DNA of 64,000 nucleotides from Antechinus flavipes (Eukaryota): NCBI RefSeq assembly GCF_016432865.1, contig NC_067402.1, positions 183,582,001 to 183,646,000 of the forward strand, read 5' to 3'. Shown piece by piece: positions 13,101 to 26,623 of this stretch (position 1 is its first letter; each line of letters starts with the position of its first letter). The notes under the pieces were generated by a model. It saw only the letters and a program-made list of their open reading frames with translations, ran no database searches and was not told where the DNA came from. The position numbers and the translations under genes were made by a program.

Positions 13101-14569
13101 AATTTAAATGGATTTATTTAGTAGCCATTAGCACAAGGAAATGTGAAATTTATTTGTTCTTGCTACCTCTATTATAGGTCAGGGATGCAAGCTAGACTTA
13201 TGATTTCAGAGCAAATCACTTATCCTCTGTTTTTCTCAGCTTTACCATTTATTTAAAAGGGGGGGAAGATAATATAGCATCTACTTTTCAGAGTTGTTTT
13301 TGGGATGACATGAGATAATAATAGCACTTTGCAAATCTTAAAGATGACCAGTTCTCAGCCCTGTATGATTTTTTTGCTTACACATTCTCAGTCAAATAAG
13401 GGCTGTTTATATTTGCCAAATGAATTTAATATACATATTATTTTTTGAGATGGAAAAGATCAAAGAAATTGTGGGAGTCTCATTGTTTAATTAATCTTTC
13501 TGTAAAATGAGAAGGGAAGAAAAGTAATAAGCATTTATATGGTACTATTATGTGCCAGGCACTGTGCTAAGCCCTTTACAAATACTTTATATGATCCTTA
13601 CAACAACCCTAGGAGATAAAGGCTATTATTCCCATTTAACAGTTGTAGAAACAAGCCAGAAGAAATTAAATGACTTGCTCAGGATCACAGAACTGAGATG
13701 GGTCAAGTCTTCCTGACCCCAGCACCCTATGCATTCTTGCCACTAGCTGCAAATACCTCCTTGAGATACTTAAAAAGTATAATTACTAAGAAAATCCTAA
13801 GGGAAGTGGGAAACAGTATAAACTTGATGAACTTTTAAGTGTAATAATTAATATTAACTACTAAGTTTTCAAATGTGACTTCTTCACTGGTTTATAAAAA
13901 TGCTACTTGGGGAAAATGGCTTGATCATCTTTATATTGTATAGATTTTAATGTCAGAGGCACTGTATGGCAAAATTAATACTAACCTAGAAATAAGTTTT
14001 GACTTCAGTTGATCAATAGTTATTAACTATCTATTATGTACCAAGAAAATAGAAGGAGGCAAAAGACACTCTTCAAGAAACTTAAAATCTAATGGAAGAG
14101 ATTACATGTAAACAAGTTGGGTAAATAGGAAATAATTAACAGAGGAAAGGTACTAGAATGTTAAAGGGATTGGGGAAACCTTCCAGTAAAAGATGAGATT
14201 TTAGTTTGGACTTGAAGAAAACCAAGTTGCTTAGTAGTCCTAGTGGAGAAGGGAGAGCATTCTAGCAGTGGAGGATAGTTGGAGGAAATACCTGAGCTGA
14301 GAAATAGAGGGCCTTGTTCATAGAACAGTCAGGTTGATACTTGTTAGTTTTATAACCTTGGCCATACCACTTAACATCTCATGTACTTATTTTCCTCATC
14401 TGAAAAAGGGAATTAACATTGTTCTTGCTATTTCTCTGGGGTTTTGAGAAGAGCAAAAGAGACTAGGATTGAAAAGGCTTTGAAAAATTTAAAGAAAGGG
14501 TACAACTTACATCAGTTAGCATTAGAAGTTCAGAAGCTGCTCTTCCTATCCCTATTCTCAACATCTTTC

Positions 14570-15115
14570 AGTTGAATGAAACTTTTTTGGGGAACATTAT
14601 AATTATACAATGTTCAGTATATTTTTTCTTTTCATGAACAATATTATATATATGTATATGATATTTTCCTGATTATGCTTGATTTTGCTCTTTATAAGTT
14701 CATATTCATTTTTCCTGTATTACTGTAGATTCTTCATATTTATCAGTTTTTATAAGCAAAAATATTCCATTAAATGATCATATCACAGTTCATTTTGCCA
14801 TTTCCTAATTGATGGGTATCTTCTTTGTTTTTGATTCTTCATTGCCACAAAAAAATACTTTGATAAATATTTTATTGTTTCATCTTGAAAAATATGACTC
14901 AAAATAGAATTCGTAAATCTATGAATACAAGCATTTGAGTAGCACTTTTTTCTTTTTATTGAAATTGCTTTCCAGGATAGATAAAATGCACTTTGTTTTG
15001 ACACAACAAACAATATACAACAAACACCCAAGTAAATATACCACCAAATAAAATTGCTAAAAAAAAAAAAAAAGCTGTCAAACCGTGTAATATTTAAAAT
15101 TTTTTTCTGATGGTA
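14570..15115 (-). mobile_element. Old L1 ORF2 C-terminal remnant
   Basis: Track ORF ends FFVAMKNQKQRRYPSIRKWQNEL, resembling L1 FVVAKNWKQ..CPSIGEWLNKL. Confidence 0.6.
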
Positions 15116-17835
15116 AATGTCATTGTTCACTCCAGTGGTCATTAATAGAAAGAAAAAAATATATGATTTTATTTTAATTGGTTAGTATCAGTGTCGTCAG
15201 TTGTAACCTGAAGGTGGTTTTTTTAAATGTTAAATTTTGTTTATTTAGCTGTTCTTTTGGCTTTGCTTTCTACATCCTGCATCACTTTTTAGAAGTCTTC
15301 AGATGTTCCTAAGAAATATTCATATTTGTTATTTCTAATTGTACAATAATATTCATTATATTATCCTGCCACAAATTATTTAGCCATTTCCCAGTTTAGG
15401 ACCTATATTTATTGTTCCCAGATTTTTGTTATCACAAATTAAAATGTTTTGCATATGTAGATTTTTCTTTGAATGACTAAACAAATACATGAAAAAAAGT
15501 ATTTATTAAACACTTACTACATTCCAAGATTAGATCATCCCTCCTAAGAAGTTCACACTTAATTGGAGAAACAAACAACACATATAAAAGAGTTCAGATA
15601 TTGGGCAGATGGCAAAATCTAAGGTCCTTAGAGTATACCAGCAGGTCAGATGGTAGTTTCAAAGACGATAGTGACAGAGCAGATGGTAAGGCTGCTGGTT
15701 TTCCATTTCACTGCAAGGTTCATAGTTGATGACTTCTAGCTTATCCAAGTGATATGAATAGCCACGAATTTTTCTACCTGGATCCAATTTTTGTCAAGGT
15801 GACCTCGGTCAGGGGAGGGACAAAATAAAGTAGGTATTGGGAAGAGGAGAATCTTTTAAAAGTTTTAATAACTTTCTTGGGGCACAATCATGGTAATGGA
15901 ATCTATGATGAAAATGGATTGAATACTAGATTTGGAGTCAGGAACAATTGAATTTAAATCCTGCATTAGTCATTTACTAACTATTTGGTCCTAGGCAAGG
16001 CATTTAGCATCTCTTATCCTTAGTTTCCTCATCTATAAAATAAAGGTAATAATACCATCTACCTCATACAAATGTTAACTGAGACAATATATTAAAAGCT
16101 TTTTACAAATATTAAAGCTTTATAAATATTATTATCTCTGGATCAAAGAAAATGAACAATTTAGTACGTATTCTGACATAATTCCAAATTGTTTTCCAAA
16201 ATGTTAGGACTCTTACAGCTCCAACAACAGCAAAATCCTATTTCTGTCTCTCTTTAACCTGCCACATAGAATTTTTCTTCTTCTACATCTACATCTCTCA
16301 ATTTCATTGATATAGAATAAATGCAATGTGTTTTTTTTTATGTTTTTTTCAAAATTTAAAATTCCCAATTCAGATTTGAAACTCGTTTACATTTTTTTCC
16401 TAAAAGATATGTATATCATTTGATCACATCGTTAAGGAATTTTAAAAATTTGTTTTTATAATGTACAGATTCAGGTTTTTTCCAGAGATGTTATAATAAT
16501 TTCCCTCAACATACCCAATTTCTTATTAGTTTAGCTGCATTAATTTCATTGGTGTAAAACTTTAAAATTTTGTTATTTAACTGTTTAAGTATTTTATTTT
16601 CTTTTATAACTATCATATAATATCTGGAAATGAAATTTTCTATAATCATTAGTTGGTAAAACAAATAACCATTATTTTCTAAATTTTTTTAATGTCATGA
16701 CTTTGCTTACATAATTTTCATTTCATTGCAGCATAAGGCATGACACAATGAAGCATTAGACTGTTTAACATAATGTTTTATCAATAATAATAATGATAGT
16801 AATAATTATATTTAACACATAACAATTTAAGTATTATAAAACAGCACATTTTAACATATCCCAATACAATTTTCTCAAGATGTAGCATTTTTAATAATTA
16901 TAAGATGATTATTTTACCTGAAGTCCTTACTTTTTTTTTCTTTTTCCTTTCTTTGTATTTACTCTTATTCTTCGATCATTTTTCCTGATGGAATTTGCTG
17001 ATTGAGATTCTTGTCAGGCAGTAGCAAGTCAGCTAGATATGCTTAGTAGACAGTGGAAGCTTTTACCTTTAAAGAAGGATAAAGCTTCTTTCATTCTGTG
17101 TTTGACTTGGAATTCCTTTCACAATTTCAGAAGTTTTTAACTAAAGAATTCTTGAATTGAAACATTATGTTGTAAAAAGACTTGGTAGTGTTGTAGAAAC
17201 ACTGGGGGTTGTAATAGGAAAGATTGGATGTTGGAGTAGAAATACTTAGGTTCTGGCCTTCATTACCAGTATGTTCCTGAGTCAGTTATTTCATATTCCT
17301 GGGCTTAATTTTTTCATCTGGAAATGGAGGAAGCTTGGAATATAGGATGGTTGTAATGATTTAATCTTTTCGATTTCCCAGGAACATATGTTAATATTAA
17401 ATTGAGTATCTATAGATTTCAATGCTTAGTTCAAAGGACTGTATCTCTAATTTGAACTGCAGTTCACTAAACTAGCATTGTAGTGACTGCATGGGTGAAG
17501 AGAATATTTTGGAGAAGATATGCTTTTCCTAATGCTCTTTGAATCACATCTTATATGCAATTTATAGATTAGGAGCTTTAGATATGAGACATGAACAGAG
17601 TGATGTTAACTTTGTGTTGATTGGGAAGGTAAGGATGATGGGCTAGGAAGTTGTGCAATAACAAATATTTGATCTTTGAAGGATGGGGTAAATAGCTAGG
17701 CTGGGTTTTACTAGTCTGGCACAGGTTAAACTGAAAGAAACAATTTTTATATGAATACTTGGCCCAAACATTTATTTGCTTAACCTAAACTGTCAGATTA
17801 TAAAATAATGATCTATTTTGTAGATTTGAAAGCTG

Positions 17836-17988
17836 TTTGTTTGTTTGTTTTGCTTTGTTGGTTAGGCAGTTGAAGTTAAGTGACTTGTCCAAGGTCACAC
17901 AGTAAGTGTTAAGTATCTGAAGTAGCATTTGAACTCAGGTCTTCCTGACTTCAGGGCCTGTGCTGTATCCATTACACCATCTTGTTTG
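17836..17988 (-). mobile_element. WSINE1-like SINE, more diverged
   Basis: (TTTG)n tail, GTTAAGTGACTTG, ATTTGAACTCAGGTCTTCCTGACTTCAGGG. Confidence 0.75.
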
Positions 17989-18921
17989 GCCAATATTGTA
18001 TAGATTTTAAAAATCAAGAATACATATGGTAATTATACCACGTTTTTAACCTCTGTGGTAAATTATTTGTTATAAGATGAATATAGCTACTTGATCTCCA
18101 AAAGCTCTTTCTCATCCTCCATAATTACTTGCCATGCCTTCTCATTTTTACAGCAGACATCTCAACTATGCAACCTGGAGGAATCGTTATGTATGGTTTA
18201 GCAGTCCCCATTTCTATTTGAGTTTGATTACCAAGGTTCTACTATATCTTCATGACATCCGTACCCTTCTGTCTTGTTAATACAAACATGACTTTAATTC
18301 AGACTCTTATCACCTCTCACTAGAATCATTGTAATGATTTCTTAGTTGGTCTTTTTGGCTCCAATTCATTAACCACAGAATTCCATATAGAAATATTTAA
18401 ATCTCAGATTTCACTATCACTATAACCTATGGACAGGAGGTTTCATTGGCTTCTTGATGCCTTTAGAATATAAGAACACTCTTTGACAAAGCCAGACTTG
18501 GAACCAATGGCATCTGAATCCAAATTCAGCACTTTTTCTATTCTACTACAATGCTTCTATTCCACCACCCTTTTAATCTAACATATTCCTCTTTAATACA
18601 GAATGGTCACAAAATGTATAAATTAAAATTGTTTGAATTGATGTTATTTGAATGGCAGTAATTAAAATATCTTGCTAAAATCAGTGAAATAAATTCTTGA
18701 TTATCAAAAACTGAATTATTTTCTCAGAGATAGGATAGCCACTTCCCAGTTGATATTGGAGAAGATAGAGTCATTTTTGGAAATTCAGATCTCTATGAAT
18801 ATTCAAAAACAGAAAGAACATTGCTTTGAAAGAGTTTTTAAATAGAGCAGTGTTTTTTAGTTATAAAGTGGGAATTCATAATCTAATATGTTTAATTGGT
18901 TATTTAATCACATTTACTCAT

Positions 18922-19491
18922 TGTTAGAATTCTTACAAGGGGCTGTCAGTGGAATTGATAGAGACAATAATTATCTAATTTAGCATGGTACTTAACAGTT
19001 CTCTAGTTCACTAATGAACTTAGTACTTATTAGAGTTGACACCTTTTACACCTTTAAGATTCACACCTTTAAGATAGCATATATAAGCTAGGAGCCTCAA
19101 CCAGGATGCACTTCAGGAGATTCACAAGTCAGGATTCAGTTCAGGAGATTCACAAATCACAGAAGCCCACAAGCCCACTTTTGGAGATGGAGTCAGATTC
19201 ATTCCATTTTCCACCTTTGTGCTGGCTGGAGGCTTTGGATTCCGAGGGATCTAAAGGCTGAAGCTGGAAGAGACAAATGACTAGTGGCAAGAGCTCTCGG
19301 AACCAAGGAGAAAGATAGGCCTCTTAAGAAAGCTAACTGGGCTATTTTGAAGGAGACAATAAAGGATTTGAACTTTAATACCTGGCTGCATTTGAGGTGA
19401 TTATTACTCTGAACTGAAACTAAGGCTGCCTCCAGAAGCCCCCCAAGAAACCTGCTCCCAGGGAACATTATATTTTTTAGAAGAACATTAA
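18922..19491 (+). mobile_element. Solo LTR of family A, in an old L1 ORF2 remnant
   Basis: Starts TGTTAG; shares TGGAATTGATAGA, GCAAGAGCTCT, AAGCTAACTGG and CCCCAAGAAACCTGCTC with the provirus LTR; TATATAA at ~19081, AATAAA at 19358-19363. The 3' end is 19487 (CA) or 19491 (imperfect TSD ACTCAT/GCTCAT). Confidence 0.85.
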
Positions 19492-19494
19492 GCT

Positions 19495-20260
19495 CATTTG
19501 ATGGATATTTGATAAAAACTTAGAGTTACTTTAATTTGTGTCTCTTTATTTGTGCATTTGTATATTTCACAAAATATAACCCTCATTTGTTTAAAAAAAA
19601 ACCCTAAAAAACATAGAAATAAAAAAATTAAAACAGAAAGATAGCATTATTTGAACTGGAAAAACGATAAAAGCTTTTCCTACAGCACCAGGGGTAAAGC
19701 AAAGGGCATTCAGTATATCTCTATTATTATTTGATATAGAATTAGACAAGAAAAATAAATAAAAGGGAATAAACCTTGACAAAAAAGGTCAAAATTAATC
19801 TATGCAAAGATATTATGATAATTGACTTAGTGAGCCTTAGGGAGTCATTGAAAATATGATAGAAGCAATTAATGGTTTTGGTAAAATAAAAAAATTTAAA
19901 AAGCCAAACCTACAGAAATTATGAGGATTTTTGGCCATTACTTTTTAAAAACTCAGGAAAGAAAAAAAAGAAATTTTATTCAAAGAAACTACAGAATAAG
20001 TAAAATATGGGCTGTTAAGCTATCAAGACACAGAAAATTATAAAAACAATTAAGTAGAAATGAGGGGAGACAAATGTTTGGAGAGATAGAGTATATTCTC
20101 TAAATTAACTTACAGATTTAGTGCTATTAAATGAAATTAATATTCATTGTAGGACTAGACAGAATAACTGTTAAGTTCATTTAAAAGAGTAAAAGATCTA
20201 GAATCTGAAGGAAAATAATTTTTAAAAATTAGACATTGAAAACAGTAATCATAGAAAGTA
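19495..20260 (+). mobile_element. Old L1 ORF2 RT remnant (its 5' part lies left of the solo LTR)
   Basis: A-rich; degenerate AFDK, G.KQG..LS.LLF and A.D.MI..L..P segments. Confidence 0.5.
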
Positions 20261-23200
20261 TGTGGCCTTTCTTCCAAGAACAACATAGGGTGTTGCAGGA
20301 AGTGGCCTTAGTGAGTCAGAGGAGAACACTCTTTCCTCTGAGTAAGTTCTGAATCTCTGTGATATAAATAGTGCAATCTTACTCTAAATTGTACTTTTTA
20401 CATAATGTTAAAATTGATATATATATATATGGCAACATTAGCAAAAGTAAATGTACTACCATTAACAGTAAATTAACCTTATCTATTGCCAGATTGTTTT
20501 TTTTTTACTTCCTTTCAGCCCAGCTAAATTCTTTTTTCCATGTGAATTAAATTGATTGTTTTAGATTTATTTTTTGCTTTACATTATTAGGTTTCACTTC
20601 AGAAAAGGGTGGAGTGTTGTGGTTGCTAAATAGTTCTGTATTGAGATAGGTAGGAGGGAAAAGATGAAATAAATTTGGGTAAAATATTTTTTTTTCTCTT
20701 TCTCAATAAGTAGTCAAGAAAGGTCAGCTTTCTCATAGAAATGGCATATTTTATTTCAAAAACATATGAAAATATTTTCCTAGCATTTCTTTAATAGAAA
20801 GGAAAATGGTTATCGTTTCTTAACAAAGTAGGAAGTCTAGGTAATCAATGAAAAAAATCATTCTTCTCCCCTCCCCCACCACTATTCTGGCTTGCTTTGT
20901 GTTTTCAGTGACATTTTTGATTGTAGATATTGCATAGGGGAACTTCATGTAAACTCTGAAAATGTTGTGTCAATATTGAGAGTTCCAGAAATAATCAGGG
21001 AAGAGTTTCTTCAAGGGGTGGAATGTGATCTGGAGTTAGAAAAGTAAATAAACTGCAGTTAGATATGGAAGAGGAAGAAGGATTTCTTAAGAGGAGCACA
21101 TGTGGACAAAAGTATGGAGGTGAAAAAGCAAAAAATGTATGCATAGAATGGTGAATGGACCACTTCAGTTATAGTGAAGGTTTACATCCTAATGACTAAC
21201 ATTTCTATAGTAGGTAAAGGACTTTTTCCTCACAACAATCCCATGGGTTAGGGAGTTCAAATAACTGTAGACAAGGACCAAAGAACAAAGCATCTGATCA
21301 TAGATTTAGAGCTGAATAGGACCTTAGAGATCAACAAGTGACATCCCTTCCCCCCACCTTTTTGTAGATGAAAAAACTTAGGTCTACAGAGATGAAGTGA
21401 TTTGCCCATTATTTATATATTAAATATTGGAGTCAGAGGTTCAACCTCTGTTCTTATTTCAAGTCCACTGTTTTTCCCATTATATCATGCTGTTTTCCAT
21501 ATTATCAGTACATATTGCATACTATATGCTACTACATTAAAAAGAAAGCTACATGGAATTGATGACTATTTGCTAAAATATATATAGCCAAAAGTAACAA
21601 AGAAAGAAGTGAATAATTCTCATTAAATTGTTAAAATGAAAGCTATAAAATTAGACAAAGAGAAACATTAAACTAATTTGACAGCTGATATCTCAGTAAT
21701 TCAGCTGTTCATTTGGAGATGAAAGCTATTAAGACTGATATTATCCACTACAACTGCCATATTGAGATAGATGACAATGCTTCTCAAATTGTTTTGTTAG
21801 TGTTCCATTTGGCTTAGTAATGTGAGAATTGTGGTATATTACTAGCAGGGCCCTCCTTTGTTGGATGTGTTGTTTCTGAGATTTTTAGTCCTTTGGTCTT
21901 ATGGTTTTCCTCTATTCAAATGCAGTTCTTATCAATAGGCAAAACACATTAAGTCCTTTAGAAATTATATTTTCATTTATTTGTTAAATATTTTCAATTT
22001 ATATTTTTTCACACTCATTTCTGAAAATGTCAAGTTCCAAATTCTCACTCTTCCTCCTCACTTCTTACCCTTATTTTCTGTCATTGATTAGAAAGGCAAG
22101 CAATATATCACTTATACATGAAAATACATTGTCTTATCAATAATAATCTAATTGATACTTGTAATTAATTTATTAACCTGAAGATGAATTCTAAAAATGA
22201 GATTTAAAAAAAAAACATGATTTGAAAGCATCTGTCTTGGGCTTCAGCTCTGAGAAGTGAGAAAAAATTAAAATCAAGTTTTGCTTCACAATTTGGCTGA
22301 TTACTATATATACTATATACTACACAAGTGTAGTATAATAGCATAATAGCACACTCTCCCATTTACCCTACATATCTGAAGACTCTACCTTCACAGCACC
22401 TCTTTAGAATTTTAAGTTATTTACAACTTCCTCTCTTCCTATCTTTCCAGTTTTCTTACATTTTACTCTTTGTTCATGAACTTTATGTTTCAGTGACATT
22501 GGTTCTTTGGCTCTCCTACACACGGTACTTCATCCTCTCTCTCCATACCTTTTCACCTACTGTCCCCAAATCTGTCATGATTTCTTTCTATACTTCTAAA
22601 TCTCTTGACTCCTCTGGCATCCTTCAAAGCTTCTTCCAATCCTTCTGGGGGTGGGATTAGAAACCAACCTCCTCCCACTGCTGTCTCTTCTTAAAATTAC
22701 TTTCCTCTTCTGCAAATATCTTGAATGCATATCGTTGTGTGGTTGTTGTGTCTCCTATTAGAATGAGAGCTCTATAAAGGCATGGATAATGTTTCTAGCC
22801 TGCTTTGTATTCTTAGTGCTTGGTGTAGTCCCTGGCACATAGTAAACATTTAAATGTTTATTGTCTATTTTGCCTTTCACCAGTTTTTGTCCAGAAAGCC
22901 AGAAGTGGAGATGTGAAAGAAATAAACTAATTGTCCTTAATTTTTTTCAAAGCGTAATCTGGTCAAAGGATTAGATGTTTTTGCTTAGTTGGCTGGGAAA
23001 AGAGCTTGTGTAAGAAACAGATTTAGGCAAAATTAAAAAAGGCTTCCTAATGATTAGAGTTATACAAAAGTGAATTGAATTGCTTTGAGAAGTTTTCCCA
23101 CTGTGGAAGTCTTTAAGCAGAATCCAAATGATCTCTTAGGTATATAGTAGAGGAATTCATATTCAAGTCTGAATTAGAATATGTAACTTCTGAGAACCAT

Positions 23201-25179
23201 TCCAAAACTAGAACTCTAGGATCTGTAAAATGAGAGTAGTAATAAAATTCTGTTCTAATTCATGTTCTACTTTATTCATTACTTTTATGAAAATTTTGTT
23301 ATAACTTATATAAAGTGCTTTATAAATTATAAAATACTATGTAAATGATTTCATCTGTTATTTTGTACCATATTTTCTTATCCCTTCAATTACTATTTTC
23401 TCCCCATTCTTTTTTCTATTTTATATTTTCTGGTTCCTTTCTTTTTTTTTTTTTTTAAACATGAGACTTACTAATTCCTGTTTCTCCTTCATACCTACTT
23501 GCTTTTAAGGTAGTTCTCTAATTGTTGTTACCTTCCCAGTTTTAGAGGCTTAGCATAACTAGAGTTACTTAAATTCCTATTCAAGCACCTCCAGGCTAGC
23601 AATTCCCGTTCCAGATACTTGAGTTTAAATAATTCCTTGCCAGTTGCCTTGTTGATCAGGGCTTAGCCTTACTAGCTCAGACCTGATAATTGAAGGGTAA
23701 TTATGACTGTTGATTTAGTGCTATTTAGAGCAGGGGTCCCCAGATGTTTTTTCCAGTCATGTTAATAGTGACTTTCAGTAAACTGATTATTGACTAATCA
23801 TTATGTCAGGAAATAAATTCTAGAGTTTCTCAGGTATATGTACAAAAAAAAAGTAGAAATTCAGTAATTTCAGTAGGATAGTAGTGTTATTTGTGAAGTG
23901 TTTCCCATGACCCATTGTTAGATTTTTTATATCCTCTTTGGTAAAAGGGAAATACATCAATTTAGGAACCAGTCCAGAAGAAAGCTCAATACTTCAGAGG
24001 ATACTTGTGTGTTTTTTAGCATGTATATTAATATAACCTTTGAATTTTAATTTTATTCTGTATTAAATGGGCCTTATTAAAACAAATTAACCTTGTTATA
24101 TATGTATGCCCGCCTACAAGAGAATATATAATATAAACATTTAAAACATTTTGAGATGCTATTCACATTAAAGGTGATCATGTATAAGCCAGTCATCTTT
24201 CCAGTAAAGGGAGAAACATTTAAAAAGCTATACTAGTAATGAATGTACTTTCATGGTTCTCTTACATACCTGATGACTCTTTCCATCTCTTTCACTCTTC
24301 TTCCCACTCCCTAAATGTAGGCATTTTTCTAAGTTCTGTTCTTTTCTCTCTAAACAGTTCCCCTTGGTGATTCATTTTCTTAGCTTCAACTATTACCTAA
24401 ATGGAGATGATTCACACATCTGTATTTCTAGTTGCGGTTTCTCTCTCAAAATTTAGATCCACATTTTCTACTGTTTGATGGGCATCTCTATATTCATTAT
24501 CTTCCTTTCCTAAACTAACTCTTCTTCTTTTCTTACCTACTTTAACAAATTATTATATTAGGCCAATTTGGTTAACGTATGGCTTTTTTGTTTTTTGTTT
24601 TTGTTTTTTTTTCAGACCAACATTTCATAAGCTAATTGAATGCTAATTTTTTTTTTAGTATGGCCCAGTTCATGATTAAAACGAGAGAGGTTTGTGAGTG
24701 GGAAAGAGGAAGTGAATGAGAATCTTACAGTATGAAAAAACCCAAGTCATCTCGGGTTGATTTACTGACCCATCTTACACTGGGTTCAGAATTGGACAAC
24801 CAGTGGTGGGTTGGAGTAGTGACTGGAACAGAGACATATAATGAAGAGGTTGGCAACAAATCAGTCAAAACAAAGTCTGGGAGGGCCCAGAGCAAAGCAT
24901 TTGTCTGTATAACATCGCACCTGGTTAGTCAAAACAGAGTATAAAATAGGCTAAAGTCCAAGGGTGGGTTCATAATGTACTGAAGCAGTCATCTGGCAAG
25001 ATAGCAGTGGGATCCAAGGGCAGAAAAAGAATAAGACATGGGCCAAAGCCATCAAAACTGGAAACAAGACAGATCAAAGTATGGAAGGAGATGGCTAAGG
25101 GCAGGTGAGCTTCAGTCTAAGAATTGTAAAGAACCTAAAGCAGTTTGTGGGGATCAACTGAAGATGTTTCCTGCCTTTA

Positions 25180-25181
<2 letters not shown>

Positions 25182-25225
<44 letters not shown>
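25182..25225 (+). repeat. (GT)22 microsatellite
   Basis: Direct reading. Confidence 0.97.
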
Positions 25226-25228
<3 letters not shown>

Positions 25229-25935
25229 TACAATTTGGGATGAAGGGATTTAAGAAGAAGGTCACAAAAAGCTGCTGCCACTGAGTTAGCCACTGGCTTG
25301 TATCTTTATTCTTCAGTGTAGATAGAAGCCACTTTCAGATTAGCCACAAAAGGATTTGAGCTTGAAATATGTCAATAAATACAGGGAGAGCACAGTGAAA
25401 TAGACATTGCATGGTATTAGAGACATAGGACTGGGTTTGAATCCTGAATTTGCCACTTACTACTTCAATGATCTTGGACAAATCAATAAAATCTTCTGGG
25501 TATTAGGTTCCTCTTCAATTAAAAATGAGGAAATTAAGCTAAACTAGCTCTAAAGTTCTCTTCTGAACATTAAAAAAAGGTACAATAAAAAGATTTTTTT
25601 TAAAGTACAATGACTCCTTTTTGCATCATTTTTGCTAGTTCCTCTTTCTCCAATCTCCCTCCTCCTCCATTAAAAATCAGGAGAAAAGAGCAAAAAAATA
25701 TAAAAATTGTTATGTGAGTACGCCTAGCTGTACCCATTTACTTTATGCTATCATTAATATAAGCAGGTGGTATCTTATGAAGGAAACTTATCTGGGGCTT
25801 TCCTTTACACAAAATTATATATTCTTACACTTTCTACTTTGATGATCTCTTTTCATCCCCATTGCCTAATTTATTACCTCTATAGAGGTAGGTGACTGTC
25901 CAGTCTGACCTCCATCCCTTCAATTCTTCCTTCAA

Positions 25936-26623
25936 GGGAAAGAGACCTGTATGTGCAAGAATGTTTGTGGCAGCATTCTTTGTAGTTGCCAGAAACTGGA
26001 AACTGAGTGGATGCCCATCAATTGAAGGATGGCTGAATAAATTGTGGTATATAAATGTTATGGAATATTATTGTTCAATAAGAAAGGACCAGCAGGATGA
26101 TTTCAGAAAGGCATGGAGAGACTTACAGGAACTGATGCTGAGTGAAATGAGCAGGACCAGGAGATCATTATATACTTCAACAACAGTACTATATAATGAT
26201 CAATTCTGATGGTCGTGGCTCTCTTCAACAATGAAATGAACCAAATCAGTTCCAATAGAGCAGTAATGAATAGAACCAGCTACACCCAGCGAATGAACTC
26301 TAGGAAATGAGTGTGAACCACTACATAGAATTCCCAATCCCTCTATTTTTGTCCGCTTGCATTTTTAATTTCCTTCACAGGCTAATTGTACACTATTTCA
26401 AAGGATGATTCTTGTCAATGAAACAACTGTATGGACATGTATACATATATTGCATTTAACATATACTTTAACATATTTAACATGTATTGGTCTACCTGCC
26501 ATCTGGGGGAGAGGATGGGGAAAGGAGGGGAAAAATTGGATGAAAAGGTTTTGCAAATGTCAATGCTGAAAAATTACCCATGCATGTATCTTGTAAATAA
26601 AAAGCTATAATTAAAAAATGAAA
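25936..26623 (+). mobile_element. 5'-truncated young L1 (ORF2 C-terminus plus 3' UTR)
   Basis: Translates CARMFVAAFFVVARNWKLSGCPSIEGWLNKLWYINVMEYYCSIRK (L1 ORF2p C-terminus); AATAAA and A tail; 14-bp TSD AATTCTTCCTTCAA at 25922-25935 and 26624-26637. Confidence 0.92.

Noticed and set aside
25892-26209. 105-aa ORF as a candidate gene
   Set aside because: C-terminus of L1 ORF2 in a 5'-truncated copy, with a start codon borrowed from the flank.
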